Source: a virus
Length of the DNA stretch: 64,000 nucleotides
IMG/VR virus record: IMGVR_UViG_645058813_000003
Span: 7,834-71,833 of that record
Reading direction: 5' to 3' (one strand)
The notes beneath the pieces are model-generated. The model was not told the origin of the DNA, made no database searches, and worked only from the letters and a program-made list of their open reading frames with translations. This document shows positions 18,017-28,196 of this stretch, in pieces. Positions within the stretch are counted from its first letter, which is position 1, and every line of letters begins with the position of its first letter. The translations under genes were made by a program, and so were the position numbers.

Positions 18017-21000
18017 GTGGCTGATAAAGAGCAATTAATAGTTGAATTAGGTATTAAAAATAATAATGTTAATAAAGAAATATCTAATATAAATAGAGAG
18101 TTAAAAAATCTTGATAAAGAAGTTAAAAGTACCGACAAAACTACTAAACAGTATGGACAAACTAATGATACATTAAAAAGTAAATTAAGCAATTTAGAAA
18201 AAATGTATACTTTAAATTCTAAGAAATTAGAAGATTATAAAAAGAAAATGCAATCTACAACAGAAGCTATTAAAAAGCAAGAAGAAAAAATAGCTAATAT
18301 GAAACTGCAAGGACAAGATACTGCTAAAGCAGAAGAACAACTTGCGAGAATGAAACAAACTTTATCTAATGTTGGACATCAAGCTACTTTGACAGAAAAT
18401 GAAATTAAAGGTTTAGATAGTGCTATAAAAGAAACTAATAACGCTTTAAAAGATACGAATGTGAGTACATATAAGAATAAATTACAACAATTAAGTACAA
18501 ATTGTAGTAATGCTAGTGAAACATTAAAAAGCGTTGGTTCTACTGCTAGTAATGTAGGTGGAAATATATTAAAAGCTACAGCTCCACTTGTTGCAATAGG
18601 TGTTGCTAGTCAAAAAATGGCTAGTGATTTTGAAACAAGCTTTGCAAAAGTAACTACTATAGCAGATGAAAATGAAGTAAGCAATGATAAGATGAAAAAA
18701 TCTATAATAGATTTATCTAACCAAACTGGGATTAGTTGTAATGAAATATCTAATAATGTTTATGATGCAATTTCCGCTGGACAGAAAACAGGAGATGCAG
18801 TTAATTTCGTTACTAATTCTACTAAATTAGCAAAGGCTGGATTTGCAGAAGCTGGGGATAGTTTAAATCTTTTAACAACTATCCTTAATTCTTATGGTAT
18901 GGAAGCAAGTGAAGTAACTAATGTAAGTGATAAATTAATAACTACACAAAATATTGGTAAGACAACTGTTGCTGAATTATCTTCCAGTATGGGTAAAGTT
19001 ATTCCAACAGCTAAGGCTTTTGGTGTTAATTTAGATAATGTTGCTACAAGTTATGCTGAACTTACTGCAAAAGGTATAGCAACAAGCGAAGCTGGTACTT
19101 ATGTAGCAAGTATGTTTAATGAATTAGGAAAACAAGGTACAAATGCAAGTAATGCTTTAAAATCTATAAGTGGCAAAACATTTCAACAGTTATTAGCAGA
19201 TGGTAAAAGTCTTGGTGATATATTAGCTGTAATGGATAATGGAGCTAAACAAAGTGGTAAATCTTTAGCAGATATGTTTGGTAGTGCTGAAGCAGGTAAG
19301 GCAGCTATGATAATCGCAACTAATTATGGTAAAGACTTTAACGATATGTTAGGACAAATGAAACAGAGTGCAGGTGCAACACAAATTGCATTTGATAAAA
19401 TGGATGCAACTCCTGCTGAAAGAATGGCTAAAAGTATTAATAAAGCTAAGAATGAAATGATAAGATTAGGACAAAATTTATTGCCAATGATGGATGAAGT
19501 TAGTGGATCAATTGGAAAAGTTGCTGATTGGCTTGGAAAAATGACAGAAGAACAACAACAAGCAATTATAAAAGCCACTTTATTTACAACAACATTTGGT
19601 GGGACTGTAAAGGTATTAGGTTCTTTTACAAATGGATTAGGTTCTTTAGTAGGAGGAATAGGTAAAGTTACTACTACTCTAGGGGATTTAAGTAAAGCAA
19701 GTAAAGTAGCAAAAGATGTAGAAGGATTAGCTATAGCTAGTAAGGTTGCAAGCGTAGGAGTTACTGGATTATCTACTGCATTAATTCCAATAGGAGCAGT
19801 ATTAGCTACAGCAGGAGCTGGTATATATGCGTATAATCAATATCAAGATGGTTTAACAAATTCTTGTGTAATAAGTAGAGAAGAATTAGGACTACTAAAA
19901 TCTACCTTATTAGAATTGAATGGAGTTCATGTACAAAGCCAAGAAGAATTAGAAAAAAGTGGTCTTGTATTAAAAGAATTAGGTGATAATTTAGGGGAAG
20001 ATTTTAAAAATAAAGTAAATGAATCTACTAAATCTATGCAAGATTTTAATTTCTATTTAAGTAGTATAAACATGGATAATGTACTTACTGATGAAGAAAC
20101 AAATGGATTTAACAGTAGAGTAGATAGTATGTGTACTACTGCAATAGAAAGTATAAAAAGTAAACAAGCTACAAGTCAAGAGGAAATGGGGAAAATGTTT
20201 ACTCTTGGTGATGGTGTTATAGATGAAAGTGAGAAAAAAGTATTAGAATATCTTAATAAAAATTATAATACTAACATTGAAGAAGTTACTAAATTAAAAA
20301 ATGATATTAATGCAATTTACGCAAAAGCAATTGAAGAAAAAAGAGCATTAAATGAAGATGACATAAAAGATATTCAAGATAAAATGTCTAAAATAAAGGA
20401 AATTGAACTTGAAGCATTGGCTAACAATCAAGAAGAACAATTATTTGCTAAAAATGAATTTACAAATAGAATGAATACTTTAGATGCAGAAGGTGCTAAA
20501 GAATTATTAACACAAAAGAAACAAGTGTTAGATGAAGAAAATGCACAAGTTTTAGCAAGTTATGATACTCAAATCGAAATGATGAGAACAGCTAAACAAA
20601 AAGCTATTGATGCAGGAAATCAACAGGATGCAGATAATTTACAAGTTCAAATAGAAAATAAAACACAAGAAAGAGATGCTTTGTTAGAAAAACAAAGAGA
20701 AACTTGGCAAGGTTATATTGATATTACGGAAGACAAAAATGAGGAATTAAGAGGTAAAATTAATACATATACTGGTGAAATATTGAATGATGCAGATTTA
20801 AAAGCACAAGTGGGGCTTGATTATGCTAGACAACATTATGACGGTTTAGGAGTTGTAACGGAAAACGGTTGGTATAAGGTTAAAGATGTAACAACAGGTG
20901 CTATGAATGATTGCTATGTAACGGTAGATAAAAATACAGGTGATATTACAGGGTGTTGGAATAAAACTACTGGAATTGTTGGTGGATATACTGATGAAAT

Positions 21001-22120
21001 GAAAAATAAGGTTAAAGAATTAGGAAATGAACATGAAGCAGATAGATTAAAAGTACAACAAGCTATGGGTGCAATATCGCAATCTCATTTAGATGCTAAA
21101 AATCAAGTTGTGGGTGCAAATGGAGAAGTAATAGGAAGCCTTAAAAATGTTACTGAAGCTGAAAATGGAGTTAAAACTGGAATATTAGATGTAAATGGAA
21201 CTCCAATGCAAATTGAAACCAACGCTGATGGCACTATAACTAAAATGGGGCAAGTTAAAGATAGTGTGGATAAAATACCAGAACATAAGAAACTTACAAT
21301 TACAACATTCTTTGAAAAAGTAGGAGAGTTTTTGGGAATAGGTCAAAATGCTACAGGTACTAATAATTATCAAGGTGGTTTAAGTACAGTTCATGAAAAA
21401 GGTCTTGAATTAGCATCTAATAATAATGTTAGAATGTTAGGTTCATTTGGTGGAAACCCACTGGCGTACATACCTAGAGGAACTGGAATAAGAACTAATA
21501 TGCAAAGTATTAGTGATATGAAATCTGAAATAAGCAGACAACTTAATAATAAAGGTAATGTTGCACTAGTAAAAGCACTTGAATCTTTGTTAAAATTACA
21601 AACTAATAATAATAAAAATCAAATTAAAGAAAATGAAAATAACAATAAAAGACATAAGGAAAATATTAATTATAAAAAGGGAATATTATATGAAGGTAAA
21701 TTCTTAACAAAAGAAACTTTAAAGAAAATGCGAGTTTATACTAATAATGAGCGTGGTATTTGGATAGAAGGAAAATTTGTAAGTGATGCAAATGTAAAAG
21801 AAATGCAAAGAAATCAAGTGAAAAAATTAAAATCTATAAAATTAGATGGTGAATATTATAATAAAAATTCTAAAAAGTCTAGTGAGTTAATAGATAACTA
21901 TAAAATTAAAAATAATGAAGAAATTGACTATAATAAAATTTCTGATAATGTTGGAAAACAAATAGGTGAAACAATAAAAGAAATTTTACAAGGACTAGGA
22001 ATTGAAATAAATATTACTAATAAATTAAATAGTAAAGAAATAAGTAATGAAGTAACTGATACAGTAATAAATAAACTAGGTAGAATAGATAGAACGAGTA
22101 GGGTTGCAAAAGGGAGGTGA
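18017..22120 (+). CDS. Tape measure protein (TP901 family)
   Basis: 1367 aa; FETSFAKVTT...YDAISAG...TTVAELSSSMGKV; TM-like Gly/Ala segments; GTG start with GGAGGG RBS. Confidence 0.95.
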   Translation: MADKEQLIVELGIKNNNVNKEISNINRELKNLDKEVKSTDKTTKQYGQTNDTLKSKLSNLEKMYTLNSKKLEDYKKKMQSTTEAIKKQEEKIANMKLQGQDTAKAEEQLARMKQTLSNVGHQATLTENEIKGLDSAIKETNNALKDTNVSTYKNKLQQLSTNCSNASETLKSVGSTASNVGGNILKATAPLVAIGVASQKMASDFETSFAKVTTIADENEVSNDKMKKSIIDLSNQTGISCNEISNNVYDAISAGQKTGDAVNFVTNSTKLAKAGFAEAGDSLNLLTTILNSYGMEASEVTNVSDKLITTQNIGKTTVAELSSSMGKVIPTAKAFGVNLDNVATSYAELTAKGIATSEAGTYVASMFNELGKQGTNASNALKSISGKTFQQLLADGKSLGDILAVMDNGAKQSGKSLADMFGSAEAGKAAMIIATNYGKDFNDMLGQMKQSAGATQIAFDKMDATPAERMAKSINKAKNEMIRLGQNLLPMMDEVSGSIGKVADWLGKMTEEQQQAIIKATLFTTTFGGTVKVLGSFTNGLGSLVGGIGKVTTTLGDLSKASKVAKDVEGLAIASKVASVGVTGLSTALIPIGAVLATAGAGIYAYNQYQDGLTNSCVISREELGLLKSTLLELNGVHVQSQEELEKSGLVLKELGDNLGEDFKNKVNESTKSMQDFNFYLSSINMDNVLTDEETNGFNSRVDSMCTTAIESIKSKQATSQEEMGKMFTLGDGVIDESEKKVLEYLNKNYNTNIEEVTKLKNDINAIYAKAIEEKRALNEDDIKDIQDKMSKIKEIELEALANNQEEQLFAKNEFTNRMNTLDAEGAKELLTQKKQVLDEENAQVLASYDTQIEMMRTAKQKAIDAGNQQDADNLQVQIENKTQERDALLEKQRETWQGYIDITEDKNEELRGKINTYTGEILNDADLKAQVGLDYARQHYDGLGVVTENGWYKVKDVTTGAMNDCYVTVDKNTGDITGCWNKTTGIVGGYTDEMKNKVKELGNEHEADRLKVQQAMGAISQSHLDAKNQVVGANGEVIGSLKNVTEAENGVKTGILDVNGTPMQIETNADGTITKMGQVKDSVDKIPEHKKLTITTFFEKVGEFLGIGQNATGTNNYQGGLSTVHEKGLELASNNNVRMLGSFGGNPLAYIPRGTGIRTNMQSISDMKSEISRQLNNKGNVALVKALESLLKLQTNNNKNQIKENENNNKRHKENINYKKGILYEGKFLTKETLKKMRVYTNNERGIWIEGKFVSDANVKEMQRNQVKKLKSIKLDGEYYNKNSKKSSELIDNYKIKNNEEIDYNKISDNVGKQIGETIKEILQGLGIEINITNKLNSKEISNEVTDTVINKLGRIDRTSRVAKGR

Positions 22121-22835
22121 TAGGATGAGTTATGATATTATTTTTAACAATATTAGGCAAAGTGATTTAGATTTAGAAATTATAAAAAGACCATTTATTC
22201 CTATTCCTAAGCGAAAAATAAAAACTATAGATATTTCTGATGCTGATGGTTCTTATTACATGGATAATAAAATTTATGAAGATATTGTAATACAAATAGA
22301 ATTTAATTTTATAGAAAATAATTTAGATTTTATAAGACAAAGAATAAGAAATGTTACGTTTTGGTTGGAAAATATAAAAGATAACAAATTACGATTAATG
22401 AATGATTTTGATTACTATTATAAAGTTAAAAATGTTGAAATTGAGAATTTTAACTATGAAGAACTTTATGAGATACAAAAATTTACTGTTAATTTTACCT
22501 GTGAACCGTGGCAATATTTATATTATTCTAGTAAAGAATTACCGATAAATAGGTTACTATACAATGATTTTTATACTTGTAAACCTATCTATCGCATACA
22601 AGGCACTGGAACGTGTGATTTTACTGTAAATGGAACTAATGTTACTTGTAATGTAAATAAAGAACTAATTATAGATACCGAACACGATAAAATATTAGAA
22701 GCTGATAAAACATTTGCAATAGGAAAAACGAACATTAAGGCTATGCAAGATTTATATTTACAACATGGAAAAAATATTATTTCTTGGAGTGAGGGTTTTA
22801 AAATATTTTATATACCAAATTACAGAGCAATTTAA
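22104..22835 (+). CDS. Distal tail protein (Dit-like; likely start 22125)
   Basis: RPFIPIPKR...DG...FTCEPWQY...KP; synteny. Confidence 0.8.
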   Translation: MQKGGDRMSYDIIFNNIRQSDLDLEIIKRPFIPIPKRKIKTIDISDADGSYYMDNKIYEDIVIQIEFNFIENNLDFIRQRIRNVTFWLENIKDNKLRLMNDFDYYYKVKNVEIENFNYEELYEIQKFTVNFTCEPWQYLYYSSKELPINRLLYNDFYTCKPIYRIQGTGTCDFTVNGTNVTCNVNKELIIDTEHDKILEADKTFAIGKTNIKAMQDLYLQHGKNIISWSEGFKIFYIPNYRAI

Positions 22836-22867
22836 GATGTTAGGCTAGTAGAAATACTAGTCTTTTC

Positions 22868-24652
22868 TTGTGTTCAAATTTAAAAAATCAACAGAAAGGA
22901 TGTGATTGGTTGATACAACTATTTACTAACAATCAACAAGATATAACTAAAAATGGAATTATATTAAATCCTATATATGCCAAAATATCAAACAAGCTAA
23001 ATGGCGAAAATGAGTTTGAAATGGAAGTTTTATTAGATAAAGAGGGATTATATAAAAATATAACTAGAGATTGCATTATAACTGCACCTACTCCTGAATT
23101 TAATAGAGAGCCACAAGCATATAGAATTTATGATACTGTTAAAAACATGAGTTCTAATACAATGACAGTTTACGCTAGACATATATTTTTTGATTTAAAT
23201 AAGAAAGTTATATTTAATAAAAATGTGCAAGGGAATGGACAACAAGTATTACCTAAAATATTAGAAGATACTAAATTTAATGGACATTCTGCAAGTAATA
23301 TAACAGATATTAGACAATATAAAATGAGAAATATAATTAATGTTATAAATGGGAATGAAGAAGATAGCTTTTTAAATATATGGGGTGGAGAAATTGAGTG
23401 TAATAACTATAACCTAAATATCCCATTAAGGCGTGGTAAAGATAGAGGTATAAGAGTTAGCTTTGGCTACAATCTTGAAGACATTGAAGAAGAAATAAAT
23501 GTAGATGAAGTTGTAACTAGAATATATCCTTACAGTGGTGATCTAGTTTTAAGTGGAAATACACCTTATGTGGATAGTCCTTTGGTTACTAAGTATAGTG
23601 AAGTTTATGAACAAGCTATCGAAATGAGTGATATTAAAGTAAAAGAAAATGCAGAAGACAAAGAAGGATTTGACACTAGAAAACAAGCAGAAGCAGAGAT
23701 GATAAAAAGGTGTAAAAAACTTTTTGATGAAGGTGCTGACAAGATAAAAGCTAATTATAAAGTTAAAATGCAAGATTTATCTAAAACAACTGAATATAAA
23801 AAACTTGGTTATGATAAATTAGAAAAAATATGTCTTGGAGATACTGTACATTGCTATAACAAAAATATTAATATTGAAGTTTCAGCAAGGTGCATAAGTT
23901 ACGACTGGGATATTGTAAATGAAGAATTTATAGAGATTGAACTAGGACAATTTTTATCTAATTATATAGATAATAATTTAAGTGATTTAGATAATCTTTA
24001 TAAAAAAATAGTTATGACTGAACAATTTATAACACTTAGAGTAGATAGTTTAGATAATAAATTACATGCAGAAATTAAAATTACAGCAGACCAAATAAGA
24101 AGTGAAGTCGTGAACACAAAGAAAGAACTTGAAAGTAGTATAATACAAACTACTAGTGAGATTAGAAGTGAAGTAAAAGATGTTAAACATGATTTAAGTT
24201 CTGAAATAGACCAACAAGCTGATAAGATTAGTGCTGTAGTTCAAGAAGGTGATAGTAGTGGAAGTTGGGAACTTAAACAAGATGTTTTCAGAGTTGCTTT
24301 CAACAAAGCAGGAGGAAAAAAAACAGAGATAACTGGAGAAGGACTGGCTGTTTATGATGGAGGATTATCAGTTTATGATAGAAAAAATAATTTAGTGTTT
24401 AATGTCCTAAGTGATGGAACTGTAAGACTAGGAAACATAAATGTACAAGATATTACTATTAATAAAACTGGAAAGAGCAGTGGTTTCTATAATGCACTTT
24501 CACATATGGATGAAATGTGGATAAAAGACGTAGGTATAGGAAAATTGGTTATAGATAGTAAGGCTTTTCGTATAAGTGACGATGATTTTGGAAATGGATA
24601 TAACCTATGGCAATATATAAAAAAATGCTTACAATATTATAAGTTAATATAA
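22868..24652 (+). CDS. Tail spike/endopeptidase-like baseplate protein (Tal; likely TTG start 22910)
   Basis: LNGENEFEM, QAYRIY, VYARHIF, WGGEI, VVTRIYP, LGDTVHC; coiled-coil C-terminal half. Confidence 0.85.
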   Translation: MCSNLKNQQKGCDWLIQLFTNNQQDITKNGIILNPIYAKISNKLNGENEFEMEVLLDKEGLYKNITRDCIITAPTPEFNREPQAYRIYDTVKNMSSNTMTVYARHIFFDLNKKVIFNKNVQGNGQQVLPKILEDTKFNGHSASNITDIRQYKMRNIINVINGNEEDSFLNIWGGEIECNNYNLNIPLRRGKDRGIRVSFGYNLEDIEEEINVDEVVTRIYPYSGDLVLSGNTPYVDSPLVTKYSEVYEQAIEMSDIKVKENAEDKEGFDTRKQAEAEMIKRCKKLFDEGADKIKANYKVKMQDLSKTTEYKKLGYDKLEKICLGDTVHCYNKNINIEVSARCISYDWDIVNEEFIEIELGQFLSNYIDNNLSDLDNLYKKIVMTEQFITLRVDSLDNKLHAEIKITADQIRSEVVNTKKELESSIIQTTSEIRSEVKDVKHDLSSEIDQQADKISAVVQEGDSSGSWELKQDVFRVAFNKAGGKKTEITGEGLAVYDGGLSVYDRKNNLVFNVLSDGTVRLGNINVQDITINKTGKSSGFYNALSHMDEMWIKDVGIGKLVIDSKAFRISDDDFGNGYNLWQYIKKCLQYYKLI

Positions 24653-24697
24653 AGAAATAAAAATACCATTAAAAGATAAAATTTAACAATAGAGGTG

Positions 24698-24725
24698 TTG
24701 ACTTCATCTACGTAGATGATATAAT
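24698..24725 (+). promoter_or_regulatory. sigmaA-type promoter of the type III TA cassette with palindromic spacer
   Basis: TTGACT-16 nt-TATAAT with TG extended -10; spacer TCATCTACGTAGATGA is a perfect palindrome. Confidence 0.75.
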
Positions 24726-24820
24726 AGTAAGTGTAAAGAAAACAAACAATTTTAAAAAAATATAAGAGTTTCATGCGAATAAATGGAATTTTTAAATTAT
24801 ATTATTATTATCTACTTGAT

Positions 24821-24933
24821 AGTTAAAAGCGGTGAACCCTACCAGTAAGTGGGATTTAAACAGGCGAGTCTCTGCCATAGTGAGAAGTTAAAAAAGCGGT
24901 GAGCTTCTACCAGTAAACGAAGAGTTTAAACAG
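24821..24933 (+). ncRNA. toxI: ToxI-like RNA antitoxin (two divergent pseudoknot repeats)
   Basis: Units 24821-24863 and 24886-24933 share AGTTAAAA..GCGGTGA...CTACCAGTAA...TTTAAACAG; located between promoter and terminator upstream of ToxN. Confidence 0.8.
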
Positions 24934-24937
24934 ATGA

Positions 24938-24967
24938 GAAGATAACAATTAGGTTATCTTCTTTTTT
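24938..24967 (+). terminator. Terminator between antitoxin repeats and toxin
   Basis: GAAGATAAC-aattag-GTTATCTTC-TTTTTT, the canonical type III TA layout. Confidence 0.85.
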
Positions 24968-24968
24968 A

Positions 24969-25544
24969 ATGAGAGGAAATAAAATGGGTAAGTTAAAATT
25001 ATATAAAATAAGAGAAGATTATATAGACTTTTTACGGAAATATGATAGTAAAGTTTTATATAATAAAAATGAAAAAAGAGTGTATATTGGTGTAATATTC
25101 CCTATAAACGATACCAAATATTTTATTCCATTATCCTCACCAAAGAAAAAACATGAAACAATGAAAAACACAATAGATTTTCTGAAGATAAACAATGGAG
25201 AAGATGGAGCGATTAATTTTAATAATATGATACCAATAATTGATGATGTTGTGGTTGAATTTGATATTTTAGACGAAAAAAGAATAAGATATAAAAATAT
25301 ATTATTTAACCAAGTAAAGTTTATTAAAAGAGAATCGAAAAACATATTGGAAAATGCCATAAAATTATATGAAAAAGTAACAAAATATAACAGTTACATA
25401 AGTAAAAGATGTGTAAATTTTAAATTATTGGAAATGGTAGCAAATAACTATCAAACATATCAAGAAGTTGCAATGACAGTAGATGAAGATATAGAGCCTA
25501 AAGGAATTAAAGAGAATGTAGAAGTTGAGAAGACTAAGATTTAA
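24969..25544 (+). CDS. toxN: Type III TA endoribonuclease toxin, ToxN/AbiQ family (likely start 24984)
   Basis: LYKIREDYIDFLRKYDSKV...YIGV...YFIPLSSPK...GAINFNNMIP. Confidence 0.9.
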   Translation: MRGNKMGKLKLYKIREDYIDFLRKYDSKVLYNKNEKRVYIGVIFPINDTKYFIPLSSPKKKHETMKNTIDFLKINNGEDGAINFNNMIPIIDDVVVEFDILDEKRIRYKNILFNQVKFIKRESKNILENAIKLYEKVTKYNSYISKRCVNFKLLEMVANNYQTYQEVAMTVDEDIEPKGIKENVEVEKTKI

Positions 25545-25548
25545 GCTT

Positions 25549-25574
25549 AGTCTTTTTTATTTGCGTAAAAATAA
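25549..25574 (+). repeat. 26-bp exact repeat, copy 1 (copy 2 at 30500-30525)
   Basis: AGTCTTTTTTATTTGCGTAAAAATAA at both sites; both followed by TGAAAGGAAAGTGATA RBS. Confidence 0.85.
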
Positions 25575-25616
25575 GAAATACAGAAAAATAAAAAAATATG
25601 AAAGGAAAGTGATATT

Positions 25617-27815
25617 ATGACAACTTATAGTCCATTTGAATTAGAACCTATTTTTATAGATTTTAAAAATGAAAGCTATAATTTAGGATTAGATATACAA
25701 GCAAATCAGAACGATACTTTAACACTTAACTTTATATGTAGGAATAATGGCATTGAAGAAGATATGTCTAAATACAAAGTTGAATTAAGAGTTCACAATA
25801 ATAATACTAATACAGATTATATTCAAACTCAAAATGAAAATGTTACTTTAGGTACAGATGGCTCGGTTAAGATAGTTTGTCAAAGTTTAAAAGGAAATAA
25901 ATTAACTGCATATAGTGGACAATGTAATGGAGTATTAAGAATATTTAATACTGAAAATAAACAGAAAGCAACTAGAATAATAACAATGCGAATTATTGCT
26001 GATCCATTAGAAACAGATAGAGCCAATATATGTGAATCTACAATAACAAAATTAGAAGATTTAGACTGGATACTGAATGAAGCTTATAACATTGAAGATG
26101 AATTTAAGAAAGCTATTGAGGAAGCTATAAAACAAAAAAATGAATTAATTAAAACAACTAATGAAGCAAAAGTTATAAATAGTACATTAGCAGGAAACAT
26201 AACAACTGGAACTGAGTTAAACAGCAATCTTGTAAAATCTAATAAATTAGCAGAAACAAATCAAAAAGAATTAGATACTAGAAATACTACAGCTAGTCAA
26301 AACATAGAAACTTTAACAAATAAGAATACTACTGCAAATGAAACCATAGTTAACATTTCTGAAAAAATAGAAACAGGGAGTAAGTTAGATAATGATTTGG
26401 GTTTAAAAATTCCTATAGGTACGACTCTTAAAAATGATTTGAACACTAATATAAAAACGGGAACACAATTGAAAACTGATTTAATAGAATTAATTCCTAA
26501 AGTAGAGAAATCAAAATCTGATTTAGATACAAGCAAAATAAATGCTGATTCATCAAATACAACATTGTTAGAAACTACTAATAATGCAGAAACAAAGAAA
26601 CAGGAAGTTGTTGTAGAGTGTAAAGTAGCAGATGAAAAAATAAAACAAATGAATGAATTTGGAGATGTAACAGAAGTAGTTAAAGACGTAACATTATTAA
26701 AAGAGGAAGTAAAAACAGCTAGGGATAATGAAACAGATTTAAATGCAAGATTAGAAAGAGATAAAACTAACATTTTAAAGAAATTTAATGAATTGGACAA
26801 TCAAGATATTTTTAAAATAACAAAAGATATAAAAAATAAAAACATAAAAATTTTAGGTGATAGTATTGGGGCAGGTGTTGGAGGTACAGGATATAGTGCA
26901 ACTGGTGAAATTATAGTTGGAAACAATAAATCCAATGAAACTGGACATTGTTGGGCTAATAGTTTTAGAGATTATTTACAAAGTAAGTACAATTGTATTG
27001 TAAAAAATTGGAGTGTAAGTGGATGGAAAAGTTCAGATATAGTAACTAATATATCAACATTGATTACCGAAACAGATGATATTGTAATTTGTGCAATAGG
27101 TGCAAATAATTGTTATATTGAAAATGGAACTACATTGCTTGAGTCGGATATAAAAACAATTAATGAGTATTGTGAAAACCACAATAAAAAAGTAATTTTT
27201 ATTGGAACAATTCAAACATTAACAAGTTCTCATGAGAATAAAGGAATCAAAATGGAAGATATAGATAATTTGCTAAGAAAAGTAACTACAAATTTGAATG
27301 TATGTTTTATACCTATGTATAAATTGTTTAATGATTATCTATTATATAGTGGTGTGGACTCGTCTTTGTTCTATTATAATGAAGAACACCCTAATGATAA
27401 TGGCTATGATGCAATGTTTTATTTAATGGCAAATTATATGGGGTTCTATACAGATTTAGAACTTAGAAATAAATTATATTCTCTTTATGATACCGGTTGG
27501 CTACCCTTACCTTTAATAAATGGAACAGTAGCAAATACTATAGATATTCCTTCATATAGAAGAGTTGGAAGAATGTTATCATTAAAAGGTGAAATTGATA
27601 ACATAATAAGTACAGTTACAACTGTGGCAACCTTGCCAAGTGGATTTACTCCTAATTCAAAATTTGGGGGAAGTAGCATAGCGTTAAGTTTCTTTTGGAC
27701 AGGGGCTGATACTCAATCAAGAATGTTTATTAATAAGAATGGAAATATAATTGTTCCTAACCATACAGACACAAAAAAAATGTGGTTAGATGGGATAAAT
27801 TTTATGATAGATTAG
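25617..27815 (+). CDS. Baseplate/receptor-binding protein: BppU-like N-terminus, coiled coil, SGNH hydrolase domain, C-terminal fibre tip
   Basis: ANQNDT N-terminus; GDSIG, SGW, GANN, EEHPND (SGNH blocks); YRRVG..L.L.G C-terminal motif. Confidence 0.8.
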   Translation: MTTYSPFELEPIFIDFKNESYNLGLDIQANQNDTLTLNFICRNNGIEEDMSKYKVELRVHNNNTNTDYIQTQNENVTLGTDGSVKIVCQSLKGNKLTAYSGQCNGVLRIFNTENKQKATRIITMRIIADPLETDRANICESTITKLEDLDWILNEAYNIEDEFKKAIEEAIKQKNELIKTTNEAKVINSTLAGNITTGTELNSNLVKSNKLAETNQKELDTRNTTASQNIETLTNKNTTANETIVNISEKIETGSKLDNDLGLKIPIGTTLKNDLNTNIKTGTQLKTDLIELIPKVEKSKSDLDTSKINADSSNTTLLETTNNAETKKQEVVVECKVADEKIKQMNEFGDVTEVVKDVTLLKEEVKTARDNETDLNARLERDKTNILKKFNELDNQDIFKITKDIKNKNIKILGDSIGAGVGGTGYSATGEIIVGNNKSNETGHCWANSFRDYLQSKYNCIVKNWSVSGWKSSDIVTNISTLITETDDIVICAIGANNCYIENGTTLLESDIKTINEYCENHNKKVIFIGTIQTLTSSHENKGIKMEDIDNLLRKVTTNLNVCFIPMYKLFNDYLLYSGVDSSLFYYNEEHPNDNGYDAMFYLMANYMGFYTDLELRNKLYSLYDTGWLPLPLINGTVANTIDIPSYRRVGRMLSLKGEIDNIISTVTTVATLPSGFTPNSKFGGSSIALSFFWTGADTQSRMFINKNGNIIVPNHTDTKKMWLDGINFMID

Positions 27816-27828
27816 GAGGTGTTAAATT

Positions 27829-28167
27829 ATGGTGGAATATAAAACAATTATTGATAATAAAAATAATATTGTACAAGAATGTGTTTTGTTTATAGATGGA
27901 ATTGCTAAAGATTATATTATTAAAGGCAATCAAATAATAGTAGAATTTTTAGATAAAACATATATAAAACCTCAATGGGTTTTTGATAAAGAAGAATGGG
28001 TTGAAGGTGCCACAGATGAAGAAATAAAAGAATGGGAAGAAAGTAATAAACCAAACCCTAAAGAACCTACAGAAACAGAAATATTACAAAAACAATTACT
28101 AGAAACACAAAATTTAGTCTTAGAGTTGCAATATAAATTAACAAATAAAGATTTAGAAATAAAATAA
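27829..28167 (+). CDS. Tail-associated small protein (chaperone-like)
   Basis: KPQWVFDKEEWVEGAT...EPTETEILQKQL; synteny. Confidence 0.65.
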   Translation: MVEYKTIIDNKNNIVQECVLFIDGIAKDYIIKGNQIIVEFLDKTYIKPQWVFDKEEWVEGATDEEIKEWEESNKPNPKEPTETEILQKQLLETQNLVLELQYKLTNKDLEIK

Positions 28168-28196
28168 ATTAATATAAATGAAAGGAAAGATGTAAA

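Noticed and set aside
24821-24933. Repeat-spacer-repeat as a mini CRISPR array
   Set aside because: Only two divergent units with pseudoknot covariation, placed between promoter and terminator ahead of toxN. This fits ToxI, and no cas genes are present.
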